NCBI RefSeq assembly: GCF_006345805.1
Contig: NC_042999.1
Span: 31,248,001 to 31,312,000, forward strand
Reading direction: 5' to 3'
DNA from: Octopus sinensis
Lineage: Eukaryota
Length of the DNA stretch: 64,000 nucleotides
Position 1 is the stretch's first letter, and the number at the start of each line of letters is the position of its first letter. Shown here piece after piece: positions 12,051 through 25,296 of the stretch. The translations under genes were made by a program, and so were the position numbers. A model generated the notes under the pieces. The model did no database searches, had not been told where the DNA came from, and saw nothing but the letters and a program-made list of their open reading frames with translations.

Positions 12051-12085
12051 ATATATATATCTATATATATATATATAAATATACC
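11740..12085. repeat. Compound (TA)n/(TATG)n/(CA)n microsatellite
   Basis: Directly visible. Confidence 0.95.
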
Positions 12086-12333
12086 AGCATACACTCCCAT
12101 ACACTCGTGTTTGTGCGTGTGTAAATTTTTGTGCATAGCTCGCTGGTGTGACGAATACTTTAACCGCGACAGTTTAGAGGTCTGGTCCACGTTTAAGAGT
12201 ACACGAACGTGTTAATTGCGTTTGTTCCCACCTTTATTTCTATCAACGCATCTTAGTGCAGCGCTAATTAATTTCAGCGTGAGAAAGCATTACACACATC
12301 AGAAAATTTAATATTTACTTGTTTTTGGTATAT

Positions 12334-12396
<63 letters not shown>

Positions 12397-13837
12397 TTGT
12401 ATATATTCGGAGTGTATACGCTGAAGCCATAGTGTCTCCGAAATTTATGGATATACTGAAATACAAAATTATCGTGCAGACGAAAGATTGGAATTTAGTC
12501 CTTTAATGTTATGGAGAATGCGAATCGTTACATAGAGACAGACAGAAAAACTATAAATGACCTGGTCCTGTCTATATCGATTACATCTATGATGAAAAAC
12601 AATTCGTGGCAGTATAATCGAAGAGGTCATCTAAGTAAGGTGTTTTGACATGGAAACCTGTTAGACGAATGAGAATCTGTCGTCATTTTGTGTTATAACA
12701 CATCTTCGTTTCAGTCTTGTCACTTTTGAATATCTCTGTTGACGCCACTAACAACGATTACACAGTACATCAGTTTACAAACGTTCACCTCATATCCTTC
12801 AGACATTTCAGTATTCCACTTTTCAGCAAAATAGATAACATATATGTTTAAATTTATCTGTCTGTATTTGCGTTTGATCATGTGTATAATATATATTTCA
12901 ACACATGTATGTACAGTTCGGATATTATTTCGTATTTACTTGCTGTCATATCGAATTCTTTCTATCACATGATCATCTCTGTACTACCAATGTTTGTCTT
13001 TGTTTCAGAATTGTCCGTTCCATTATAAATATGATTTTTTTTCTAAGATCAATTTAGCTGATATTCAGAACTACATTGCACTGGCCTTGCAAGACAGACG
13101 GCTAGCGTGACAAATAATACTATTGATTCAGCCATTAAACTTAATTCAATAACGGTATTTCATTACTATGAACTAAATAGCATTACAGAATACCGACTTT
13201 CGCATTTTCCAACGAAACAGCAAACAATTGATTTGTAGATCTACACGGTGTGATACTTTGAAAGCATTTTCCGTTCATGATTTATAAGCGACTTCAAATT
13301 GATTAGCAAAGGTGATTTCAGATAATTTCCCGTCTAAACTTTCTATAAGTAACGAGACACTATAGTTTTAAACTATTGACGGTTATCATTTATGGGAGAT
13401 GAAATAGTTATAAACTTCTATCGATAAAAACTCATTATAAATTCGTCCACAGCTACATTTTAAAAAGGTATAAAATTTATTCATTTATTATAACTAAAGA
13501 AGACATTGCTAAGATGTTATTACTTTCACAACTTTATAAAAGTTTTAAGATTTTCGAAGAAAAATATAATATCCTAGTGATGATTTATGTTTGATATATT
13601 AAGGACCCTTAACTTGCTTAATAACTCTACATAATTTTAAAGATACTTATTTTACTTCAAAAATGGATTCGGTTGACTAAACAATATCTAGGAGCAATAT
13701 ACATAAATATATTAACAAGTAGAGTAGACAATATTGGTATGATTACAACTCAGTTCTGGGAGGTAAGAAAACATAGTTTAGCAAAAATACACATGAGAAT
13801 TATAGTTTTCTGCCATTCTACGACACTGAGCTTAAGT

Positions 13838-14020
<183 letters not shown>

Positions 14021-14334
14021 CGTATATGTGCTTTCGATTTTTATAGGATGAATATGTATATCCGAATTTGTTCTCTTTTATTTCCCTCATCAAAACCTCT
14101 GTAATAATAATTTTTTGTTTATATTCTTGCACTGAGAACAATGATATCTAATTAATTTAATTTAATCAAATTAATTTAATTATTCTACCCTGAATGTTAA
14201 TATAGCTGTTTGAAACGATCGTATGAATGTACCAAAAACTTTGAAATTCGAACACCTTCTCTTTTCCATTTTTAACAAATCTGTAGAGTTTCATGGGGTA
14301 CCTCTCCATATACAAGTATTAACTTCATATATAT

Positions 14335-14378
<44 letters not shown>

Positions 14379-14559
14379 TTATATATATATATATATGCAT
14401 GTAGGTATATAACGTGTATATATATATATGCATGTATAATATATATATATAGTTCTATTTATCTATATAGTTGCACATATTTTATATATGTACATATATA
14501 TGCATATATGTATGTGTATGTATATACGTATATATATATATCCATATATATAGGTATAC

Positions 14560-15110
14560 ATACAGAGTATGTGGGTTTAGCTTATAGGTGTTCTAAACGA
14601 TTAGGTAGTTAAGCGCTTTACAGCGCTAGGTAAGCTCTGGAATGGATTGCTAGGCTTCCAAGGTCATAGTCGTGAGGGCAGTTATAGATCCATCGCAGAT
14701 TTCCGATGCAGCGGATATATAGTTGCTAAACAAGATGTGAAACATTAAGGCAATTCAAACATCTCAAGTCATATACAATATTATTACAGGAAGAATTTGA
14801 AAATCTTACAGCTGTTTCTGTGATATCCTCAAGTATGGGATATTCCGTAACATGAAACAAATTGGGGGAACGAATGAAAAATGAGATTGGTATATATCAG
14901 TAATATGATGACATAGGTATAGGGGGTAAAATGATAAGGAGAGAGAGAGGCAACAAAAAAGAGGCATAAAATTCATAGTTCAACTTTCAGAAGTTATAGA
15001 AACCAAAGCATGTAATCTTAGGTGTAACCCTGCATAAATCTTTTGGTACAATCCTCTGTTCATCCATGGGTGTTGAGTTCCTTATATAGTGGACATCTCA
15101 AGAAAATGAC
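14560..15110 (-). mobile_element. Degenerate 3' end of a Penelope-like element with a hammerhead remnant
   Basis: Minus strand 15104-15081 reads FLRCPLYK, then NT..EQRI..TPKI, resembling PLE endonuclease C-termini; downstream gaaACAGCTGTaaga (14818-14804) resembles a minimal-hammerhead GAAA plus palindromic stem III; CUGA core not intact. Confidence 0.4.
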
Positions 15111-15332
15111 GCGAACATATTAACGATCAATAACATAATGGTTATATATAAATGTATATGAATAAATGTGTTTATGTATGTATGTATGTATGTGTGTATG
15201 CATATATATGTGTGTATCTCTCTTTTTCTCACTCTTTCTCTCTCTCTCGCTCTCCTCTCTCTATAGATAGATATCAGAGAATGTTAGGAATGGAAAAGGT
15301 AAATACAATTATATATACTTATATATATACAC

Positions 15333-15411
<79 letters not shown>

Positions 15412-16630
15412 TGTTGCATCCCTATTGACTTTATTGTGCATTAGGAATTCTATCTTTGTAGAAAAGACGCTTGTTTCGTTTTATTTAATGTTTCGTAGAT
15501 CATAGCAAATGTACGAATTTAGGAGTTCGGTCCGAAATTATCTGTAATTAACATAGTAATTAACATAGTATTTTTGTATTTTGAAAATATTGAGTTTGAT
15601 CATATGGAGATTTCGTTCCCATTACTAGCAGATGGAGTCACCATAATCTAGGCCCCACTTTAGCATGTTGTATTTGAAAATGGAAGCTAGGTATAAGATA
15701 GGTATTTTGATCGGTATCTGAGGAGAATGTGGCAATATTATCTAGCCAGTCTATACTGATATATTTAATATTCATCTCTCTCTAAAATATTATCTGTATT
15801 TAGAGAAATATAAATATATTTCATAATAACAGATATTCGACATTCTGTATGTGACGTTGCCTATCTCTCCCTTTTGAAAAATAAAAGATAAATAAAAAGA
15901 AATTAAAATAAAAGCTACCAAAATTAAAATGTCAATATGCATAATCTTTCTAGATTTATCGTATTTAAGTGTTTCAGCTTACTGTCACTGACATTTAATA
16001 TCAATTGGTTTTTCAATAAATACTGTAGATATTTCAAATAATGTCTTTACTCATTATTCACTAGACATTACGTCATAATGACGTCGCCACTTCACTCATG
16101 TTTCGTGCTCGGAATGATACTACCGCTATCAAGCTTTAAAATATGATTATTTTATCTAAGTGATATCATCCAGAATTTGAAATTTCTGCTATAAGGGTCA
16201 GATATTTCTTTTGATAGCACCCTTGGAAAAGCGCATTCACCGAAGTTAGCTTTAGTAAGAAATTTCTACAAAAGAAAAAACTTTTCTTCTAGCTTGAAAT
16301 TTCTCACCTCAATAACGTCCTTATAAAATGTAGGAAGTGCGAGGGAGATTATTTGCAAGATACTTTTATTTTCTGTCCAAGCAGATAATTTTTTTCACTA
16401 ATGCACTGAATACTATATTTTAAAAATCATTCAGTTATTTCATTTGAAACATTAATATGTTTAGCTAAATTGCTAGTAAAATAATTCAATACTGCAATGT
16501 CATCTACATTGGGATATGTACAGTGGACTTAATAGTGGTCACATTTGACGAATGGCGTGTCTGAGGACATGCAGTAGCACGGTCGCTAGATTTACTTCAT
16601 CTTTACAACTTCTTGGAAACTAATCTGATA

Positions 16631-16850
16631 TCGGTCGGCATGGTGCCGGAGACGTCAGCCAAAGATGCCGTCAGCCCGGTGGGTGGCCGCCACCTTCACG
16701 CCACCTTGCTTTCTCCGTTCGTCTAAGCGCAGCGGGGCCGCCAGTCGCCCGGTTCTCCGCCGCGCTACCATGCCCGATCTCGTAAGAACGAACCGAAGCT
16801 CGTGGTGTCGCCAACGTACACATGCACGTAGCCGCGACCGATGGGTGGAA
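16631..16850. promoter_or_regulatory. Isolated CpG-rich island, candidate promoter, first exon or enhancer
   Basis: 143/220 bases G+C (65%, hand count) with dense CpG in AT-rich surroundings; no recognisable ORF or repeat homology within the window. Confidence 0.4.
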
Positions 16851-17124
16851 TTTGGTGAAAGAGGATGTTTTATGTTGTAATATCTGGCGATGTTTGGCGA
16901 TGTTTGGACGTTTAATATTATGCAGTGGCACATTGTTCTGCTGTTTGTGTAACTTTCAGTGCTAAAGCTTGGTAAAATCCTTCCAAGATTTTCTGAATGT
17001 ACGTCAGCGCATATTTTTCTCGTCTTCGGTCTATGAAGTAAAGTTATCAGCCTTTCCCACTAGCTGACATGTCCATTTGAGAAAATCTTCTCCGTGTAGC
17101 TTCGCTGGATTGCTTCGAGTTCGA

Positions 17125-17156
<32 letters not shown>

Positions 17157-18448
17157 TATATATATAATATATATGTATTCTGTCATAAACTAGTATTATA
17201 TATACATTGATTAAACATAGACTGCTTCCTAATATTAATATCAAGTGATACACATAAATGCTAACTGTTTTCCAGAGACGAACAATGGAAGACTGCAGTG
17301 TCTTCCTCGAATCTGATCAATCAATTAATGACAGACTGAAGATTTGCAAGATATTTGTAAAACTACGTATGTAGGTATGTTTATTGAAGCATATAAAACC
17401 AATGAATAAGTATAACCTTATAACATCATCAAGCAAATACTGATTTGAAATACGCTGGCAGAGAACGATATAAGTGCGTTAACACATACCTAAGTTGCTC
17501 AACTATACCTCTAATATTTTTTCCATAACGGAGCATAAACAATTCACCACACACATACACGGATATGTTCACATGGAAACATATATACAAATGCATATGT
17601 TTATACACATATATATATCTACGTGTGTGTGTATGTGTGTGTGTGTGTGCATATTTATACATAAATTTATACGTGTGTGTATACATATATAAAACACGTA
17701 TATGCGTTTGTATCTTTGCGTTTTGGGTGTGTATTATGGTACCAAAAACAAGTCAGCGGAAAGAGAATGCATCTATAACTTTAAAAACAAGGAGTAATAG
17801 TGAAACCATCCATAAAAACATAAATTCCGCTACAAACACAGTAAATATGATATTGTTCGCTTCTAAAGCAAACAAAGACTTACACATTTGTAGAGATCAG
17901 TTGCGAAGTGAATATAGATATTACACCTCATCTCATGTCATGTATTTAGATTTTATCAGTATATTTTTTCTTATCTGCACTGGAGTATGTAAGTAAAGAA
18001 GCGCTTGTGGTTTCCATTAAATGGAAAAGATTCCCATTAAATTTCTAAGGACACAAAATCGCTTCATCAAATTTCAACCAATGAGTGATAGACTAAAAGT
18101 ATGTGAAACATTACAATACTTGTAATTATACCTATATGGATGGCACTAATTGACTTTTTTACTCAAACACGTTGGGTACTGTCTTAAATGAAACTTAAAC
18201 TGATTCCCATTTTGCTTGTCAGCGAATTTTCTTCTGCGAAGAAGTTGAATAAATCTAAAAAGAAAATTCCTAAATATATACACTCACATACTCATAGAAA
18301 CCCACAGGAACACATGTTATGTTTAGCAATTAGTAATTTAAGCAGCCTTTGTTGTATAACATATATGTATATTAGATGTTATGGATTCTATTACTTTAAA
18401 ATATAAGTTACACTCATGTATATAAACGCTATATATATATATAATATA

Positions 18449-18533
<85 letters not shown>

Positions 18534-19514
18534 CAGCATTCCAACTTGTTTCGGATATATTTGGAGGACGTCTCAAAAGTCTATTTATTCACTTGTCTCA
18601 GATCGTAGTAGAAATTATGTATAGGATGATTACAATGAAACAGTATTATTATTATTATTGAACAAAAATTCGCTTACATTTTTCGACAATATACGATTAC
18701 ACACATACTGCAAGATAAAATTTCTGCTGTTGCTACTATTTATACAACTGCCACCACTAGTGATACCTCAAAAACAATAACAATATAAGATCTAGTCTGT
18801 AGTGCAGTTACTGTATCCTGTTCAATTTGCGTAGCGCATCAATAATTAACTAACTGACATAACAACCAGGAAGGTGTAATTTATACACAACATATTTTCC
18901 GGTTTAGTGAAGTCTTGCATAGTAACGTGTGCATAAACATTAGTTTATGAATACGTTTTTAACACAAAGTTTAATTTATAATAGTCATGAAGTAAAATTA
19001 ACGACAACACTTTGTATATGTGTATTACTGTCTATGAAGATGGCCGGGAGAGATGAGATATATTGGATTATGCAGTTAGAAGTAGAGAGAAAGTGCTAAA
19101 CTCTCAATAAAGTTTATCTACATTGTTGGTATAAGGTTCATAGTATTAGTATAAATAGAATACAAATATAAATGTCAGTTTTATATGATGGTGGAGGATA
19201 TTAAATTGATATTAGTTTTGTATGAATAGAAATATTTTCTGAATTTCAAGAGGAGCCAGTAGACGAACCAAATAATAAGAAAATTAGCTTAGAAAGTAAA
19301 ATGGTAGAAGGTGAAATGTTCCTTTTATCGAATTTAGGCGATGTCTCTGTATTTGAATTAGAATCATAATCAATAAAGAATTGGTTAAAGAAAACAGTGC
19401 CGCCAATTCATGTTCGGCACATACACAAACGTAATTCTATTTTGAACAATTGTTGGATTCGTTTGACTTCATACGCCTTGCTTTCTGTATTCATCCGATA
19501 AAAAATAAAAGCAA

Positions 19515-19537
19515 TTATATATGTATGTGTGTATATA

Positions 19538-19619
<82 letters not shown>

Positions 19620-19746
19620 CATATATATAATATATATATATATACATATAGATATATATATACATATAGATATATATTACATATATATGCATATATATAT
19701 ACATATATATATATATATATGCATACATATATATCTATATATACTT

Positions 19747-19787
<41 letters not shown>

Positions 19788-19830
19788 TATATATGTATAT
19801 ATATATATGTATATATGTATAAATATATAA

Positions 19831-19900
<70 letters not shown>
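19515..19900. repeat. Long interrupted (TA)n tract
   Basis: Directly visible. Confidence 0.95.
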
Positions 19901-19902
<2 letters not shown>

Positions 19903-22900
19903 TCAATACGAAGGAATGTATTCAGATATTTAGATATTTGTACAGTAATGGCTTTTTCCAAGACTGTTAATGTTACAATGGCGATAATACTGTCAGCAAG
20001 GACTTGTAAACGATTTCTTTATAATTTAGTAAATGTTGAAATACTACAATCACTTGCTATTCACAACTCTTTGAATGAGAGACTGTCTTAGAGCAAGCGG
20101 CGTCAATATCGACAAGATCATTTGGCCGCCTGTATAAAACAAAGAAAACAAGCTTCAATCGTATATATTTCTTAAGTTTAAATTTGTCTGATATAACGAA
20201 GTACATAATAGATAATATTTTTCTGAAGGTGATTTTCAGGTAAACGTTCAAGTCTTCATGAAGAATATATCTAATGTTTTTGTCTTTGTTCAAAGAATTT
20301 AATTCTAGAGATATTTATCACTGAGATACCTTACCATATACACATACATACACGCCTATTTGTTTCTAAATTCTGCATAGGATAATATATGTGTATATGT
20401 CTTCACATACGTTCAAGTATTGGTGTATTTGCGTAAGGAAATATCTCATAGACGCTTTCAAAATCAAGTTAAAATTAAGCAAATGTAGAAAATAAAATTA
20501 AGAAATGCATAGAAATAAAACGAAAGAAAACAAGAAATTTATTTGTGAACAATTACCAAATAAAACTAGTGAAATATATATATTCGAAATACAGATATTC
20601 CACTAGGAATTACAAGAAAGATATCATTAAGAACGGATATGATTTTGGTGATATCGTACTTTAGCAAATGGCTAAATTAAAGTCTGAGTTGAATGACAAA
20701 TACAAAAAAAAATTTTTAAGTAATTCAAATTCACCTTTTAGTTACAAAAAGAATATAAACACCTAATATCTCCTAGCCAAGCGTTATCGATTTTTGACTG
20801 TGGCCGAAAGCGAAAAATAGAAGAGGTTTAAAATAATTTGATGGCACATGTTATATCAACCACCTGGCGTATGCAGGCTAAAGACATTGCCTCCCGGTTA
20901 TGAATACATATAAGGGGAAGTAACCAAATACAGTAACATGGTTCGAGTCAGGGAGTGTTTGATGATCCTACAATTAGCATTCAGGTCGTCATCACGTCAT
21001 GTCGTTTCGTTTAGAAAAATATTTAAGGTAGTCAGGAAATTTATGGAACTAAGGAGATAAGGATTTTCTAGGTCTAAAATACAATGATATATGCTGGTAT
21101 TTTTCCTCTGTCTGCTTCCCTAATTAAATTTCTCTTCCCTTCACATATATTCAGGTGGTCTGCAAGAAATGGTGGAGAGCTTCTATGAAAAATGTAAAAG
21201 AATATTTCGTTGACGCATGCTCTTCATTAACAATGTATGCAACAATTGTAAAACAAAATCCTCAGAGGAAATTCTTCATGTTCTTTGTATGCTAAAGTAA
21301 CGTAATTCAAACAATGGTTTCATGTTGTGGAATAAGAGGAATCCAAAGTACTTGGCAAATACGTTGGACAAACGTGAATGGCTCTAGGGAGGAGTCTGAC
21401 TTAATCTCCCTTAATACAAAACGTTTATTCCATGTTGGAATTAAGGAATAGATATGTGCGACGATCTCATTTTCCTGCTGTCTATTAACAGTTTGCCGAA
21501 GCAGAACTTAGATTGGGTTGCATCAAACCAAATAATAACGTCAGCAATAAGAGGAACAGAAAAGAAGTTGTGAAATATGTTTGATTTAGTCGTTTTTTCC
21601 GTGTTTTCTGATATCCAGTTGCAGGGGAATTTGATTTGAAAATCGTGAAAAATAAGCCATGCAATTATTTCTATTGTCTAAACGTACATGGAATTTTCCC
21701 CAGCATGGCTTAAACAGTAACAAGATGAAAGACTTAAGTAGATGTGTATAAGACAATATTGGTTTTTATTGACTTTCATAAGTACCGGATACTTAGATGG
21801 GGATAGAAAATGAGATATCGTTAGATTAACGTCTCTCTATTGTGCTTCCTAGACATTCGTATACATTTGGAAGAGGATTTTATTAACCAGAATCGTTAAT
21901 GTCCTTTTTGTAGCGTGGGGTAAGTAATACATTATATTATGCAGGCAGTTTAATTAGAACAGTTATTATTTCGGTACCATAACAAATTCCTCCTTCAGGG
22001 CGGGCAAATAATAAAATTTAGGAATGAATTCCTTACTTTTTACCTAACCAAATTATCTTTAGATGCGAAGATTAGAAATTAGTGGAAGAGAAAATATACT
22101 TTTATGTGTTGGATTTTAGGCATTAGCAGGTCGAGAAGGAAGAATTATCTAAAGAATTACATTTATAATGCAACATAGATATCAACTTTTCTTGCGGGAT
22201 TCGCCTGTTTAACGCTGGCAGTTTCCAAGTTATGCACAAGCTTCATTGGCGTATACGACTTGTAGTTTTATTCAGCCTGTTTTATCAGAGTATTAAGAAT
22301 CAGGAAAACTGTAAATCGGATTTTCAAGTATAGAATGTTATGAAGAAAGTGGTAAGGGTGGAAGAAGCTAAACCAATAATATAGAGGCACTATGCACATG
22401 CTTAATCTAATCACAAAGGGATTTTATACGCGCATACATGTGTATGTATGTGCGCTGGTGTCTACATGTAACCATATATATCACCTCATGTGTGTATGTT
22501 TGTGAGTGCGTGCGTGTGCATATATATATATATAGAATATTGCCATGCACATACATGAATATACAGATAGCGAGATTTTGAAATAATTGAGTGCGAAACA
22601 GACGGAGTGGAGGAGTGAGAGAGCAAGAGAGAGACCAAAGATATATCTACAGGTAAGAAGGATTATGTATATATGTATGTATGTATGTATGTATTATGTA
22701 TGTATGTATGTATGTATGTAGTATGTATGTATGTATGTATCTATCTATCTATCTATATGTCTATCTATAAAACATACTGCATATAATACGCACATATAAG
22801 TATATACTTATGGACTCACACGCGCGTACATATATGCTGTAATTTATAATATGAAAAGATATATGATTTGACGAGAAGAAGAAAGAAGTGTGTGTTAGCG

Positions 22901-25092
22901 AAATACATAAATATACAGATATACAAATATTATTATGGATGGGAAATGAAGTGACAGCGGGAAGGTGAAATGAAGAGAAATGTCGTTTTACGATTCGTTG
23001 CCTTAAACCAGCGACCTGTATTAACAACAGTTCGAATGAAATAATGTCACAAATGAGTGAGAAAGGGAAAAACTAAGATATCGAATGTACCAGTTCACTA
23101 TCAACATGTGTCTCTCACTTTGGCTTACGCCACATTAAACCAACACTGGTCGACGGTAGTCTTCGATCGATCTGCCGCTTTCTGCGAAATAGGATTTTAC
23201 ACCTCAAGAACTATAGAATGGAATATCGAAGAGAGTTACCAGCAAATGTAAAACACTCATAAATATTGCACCATCATTTCTCACCCACCTGTCATTTCCA
23301 ATATCTTACTTACAGAATATCTACATCCTAATTTATTTAATTATATCACTACCAGTTTAGACAAAAGCTTGTTTTTGTTGTTGTTTAACACCAGGCCATC
23401 TGTAATAGAGCAGATCTATATTCCAAAGTATTTCAACCGCTACTTCCTAATGTAATCCCTCATCACATGTCGAATGTAAGATGTCTTCCTACCATTATCT
23501 TATTTTAGTTTGTGTTTTCATAGCTATTTCAAATGTGACTAACGACAGTAAATATCTCTCGGACATCATTGCTGTTGATTTTGCTTTTAGCTCAATGGAG
23601 CATCGAAATAATGAAAGGCGTTCCACCGGTAGCTATCCCACTCCCGTCTTTTATACATTTTATTAATGTATCAATGATATGTTTCGAAAACAAATTCATA
23701 TTTTTGGTAGGCTTTTACTGCTATTTCAAGCAAGTCGAATAACCAAATACAGATTCTTTCACGGCAATACAACATAGGTTACTATAGTTTAATGTGACAA
23801 AATTGTCTTAAGAAGCTTAATGTGTTTACATTGTTTATTTATTCCTCCGTGTAACATCTCGGCCATGAAGGACTGTAGTGTAACAACTGAAGTATAAAAA
23901 TCTTTAATATGCTCGCTCAGCCGTAAAGATCGTTAATGAAAGAACTCAGAGTTTTAAGGTAACCTGGCGGTGTTCAGTACCGACAAATGTTAAGCCATAA
24001 ATGTTCTGAAAACAAATAAAAATGTTGTTTCAGACCGTTACCCTTCTGTAGAGAAAAAGGAAGCAGTTTAGTGTAATATTCATAGAAAGGTGAATGCATA
24101 CTAGTAGTCAAGAATAATGAATGAAAGTTGTAGAAAGAGAGGCAGAGAAAAAAGATATAATGGAAGTGAGAGAGACAGAGGCAGAGATAGAGAGAGAGAG
24201 AGTGAGAGAGAGAGACGATGTTGCAATCAGAAAATGTAATGGTATAACAGTGGAAATAGGCGCTTGTGATGAATATATGGTGAAGTGATTAAAGTGAGAA
24301 ACTTAAATAGAAAACAAAAAGAGCGGGCAGGGTGTTGGATTGGGCTAAAATTACAGAAAAAAGAAAAACAGATGTGTACTCGAAATTTTAATACTGCTAG
24401 TGATGGTATTCCCAGTATGGAATATATCATAATAGTTTTACATTAATTTGCGTAAAAGTACAATCATTGGTAACATATATTAATGAATGGAAGCAATGTG
24501 TGGCGTCTGGAGGAATTAACATTTTAGGCAACCAAGTCAGGTTGACCTTTTTATCGTCATCAGAAAGAGAAACAGACGTTGTTTAGACAGAGTATCTTAT
24601 TTCTACAACAAAACAAGAAGTGTTTGTTAAGAACTTACAATATGTTTACATTATATCATCGGCCTCTACTTTGTACGTATCTATTTACGAACATACATGC
24701 ACGTGCGTAGAGATATATTCGCGTGCATGGGCGTGTGTGCGCGCGTGTGTGTTACTATCTGATTAGTGAATCCGTACGGCTAGCAATTTCCCATTTTATT
24801 TCGTTACATAAATGTCTGTTGTTAGAAGACGTTAACAGGAAGTTAAAGGAAATCTCATAGCATAATTAACATGTGTTATTGTTGGCGTTTGAAGCAATGA
24901 AGGGAAATCAGATCTAAAGTAAAACATGTATGTATGCAAGTCTGTATATGTGTGTAGATACTTGTTCAGTGTGAAACGTCGCTACTTTGAAGACAAGATT
25001 TTATACTCATTTGTTTGTCCATTCATAATGGTCTACAATATAAGGATTCTGAAGGGTATTTTATATTTTATTTGTTATTGATTAATAACTAA

Positions 25093-25296
25093 GGAGACGA
25101 GCTGGCAGAATTGTTTAACACGCCAGGAAAATGCTTCTTGGCATTTCTTCTGGTTTTAACTTCTGGATTCAGATACTCCTGAGCTCAGCATTGCCTTAAA
25201 TTCTTTTGGAATCATTAAAATGACTATCACTTGAGCAGTGGGATCGTTGTAATCAACTACCCTGCTCTCCACAAATCTCAAGCGCTGTGCCTATAA
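25093..25296 (+). mobile_element. Old, degenerate SINE type A
   Basis: Head gacgagctggcagaattgtttaacacgccaggaaaatgctt and tail remnant tgtgcctataaag. Confidence 0.6.

Noticed and set aside
11677-12215. Numerous [12 protein letters not shown] ORFs here and at 19.4, 29.4-30.8, 31.6, 49.7-50.6, 53.8-54.3 and 58.0-58.7 kb
   Set aside because: Stop-free frames through dinucleotide and tetranucleotide repeats
16655-16933. Three overlapping 71-92 aa ORFs in the CpG island
   Set aside because: GC-rich DNA keeps frames open by chance; no recognisable domain
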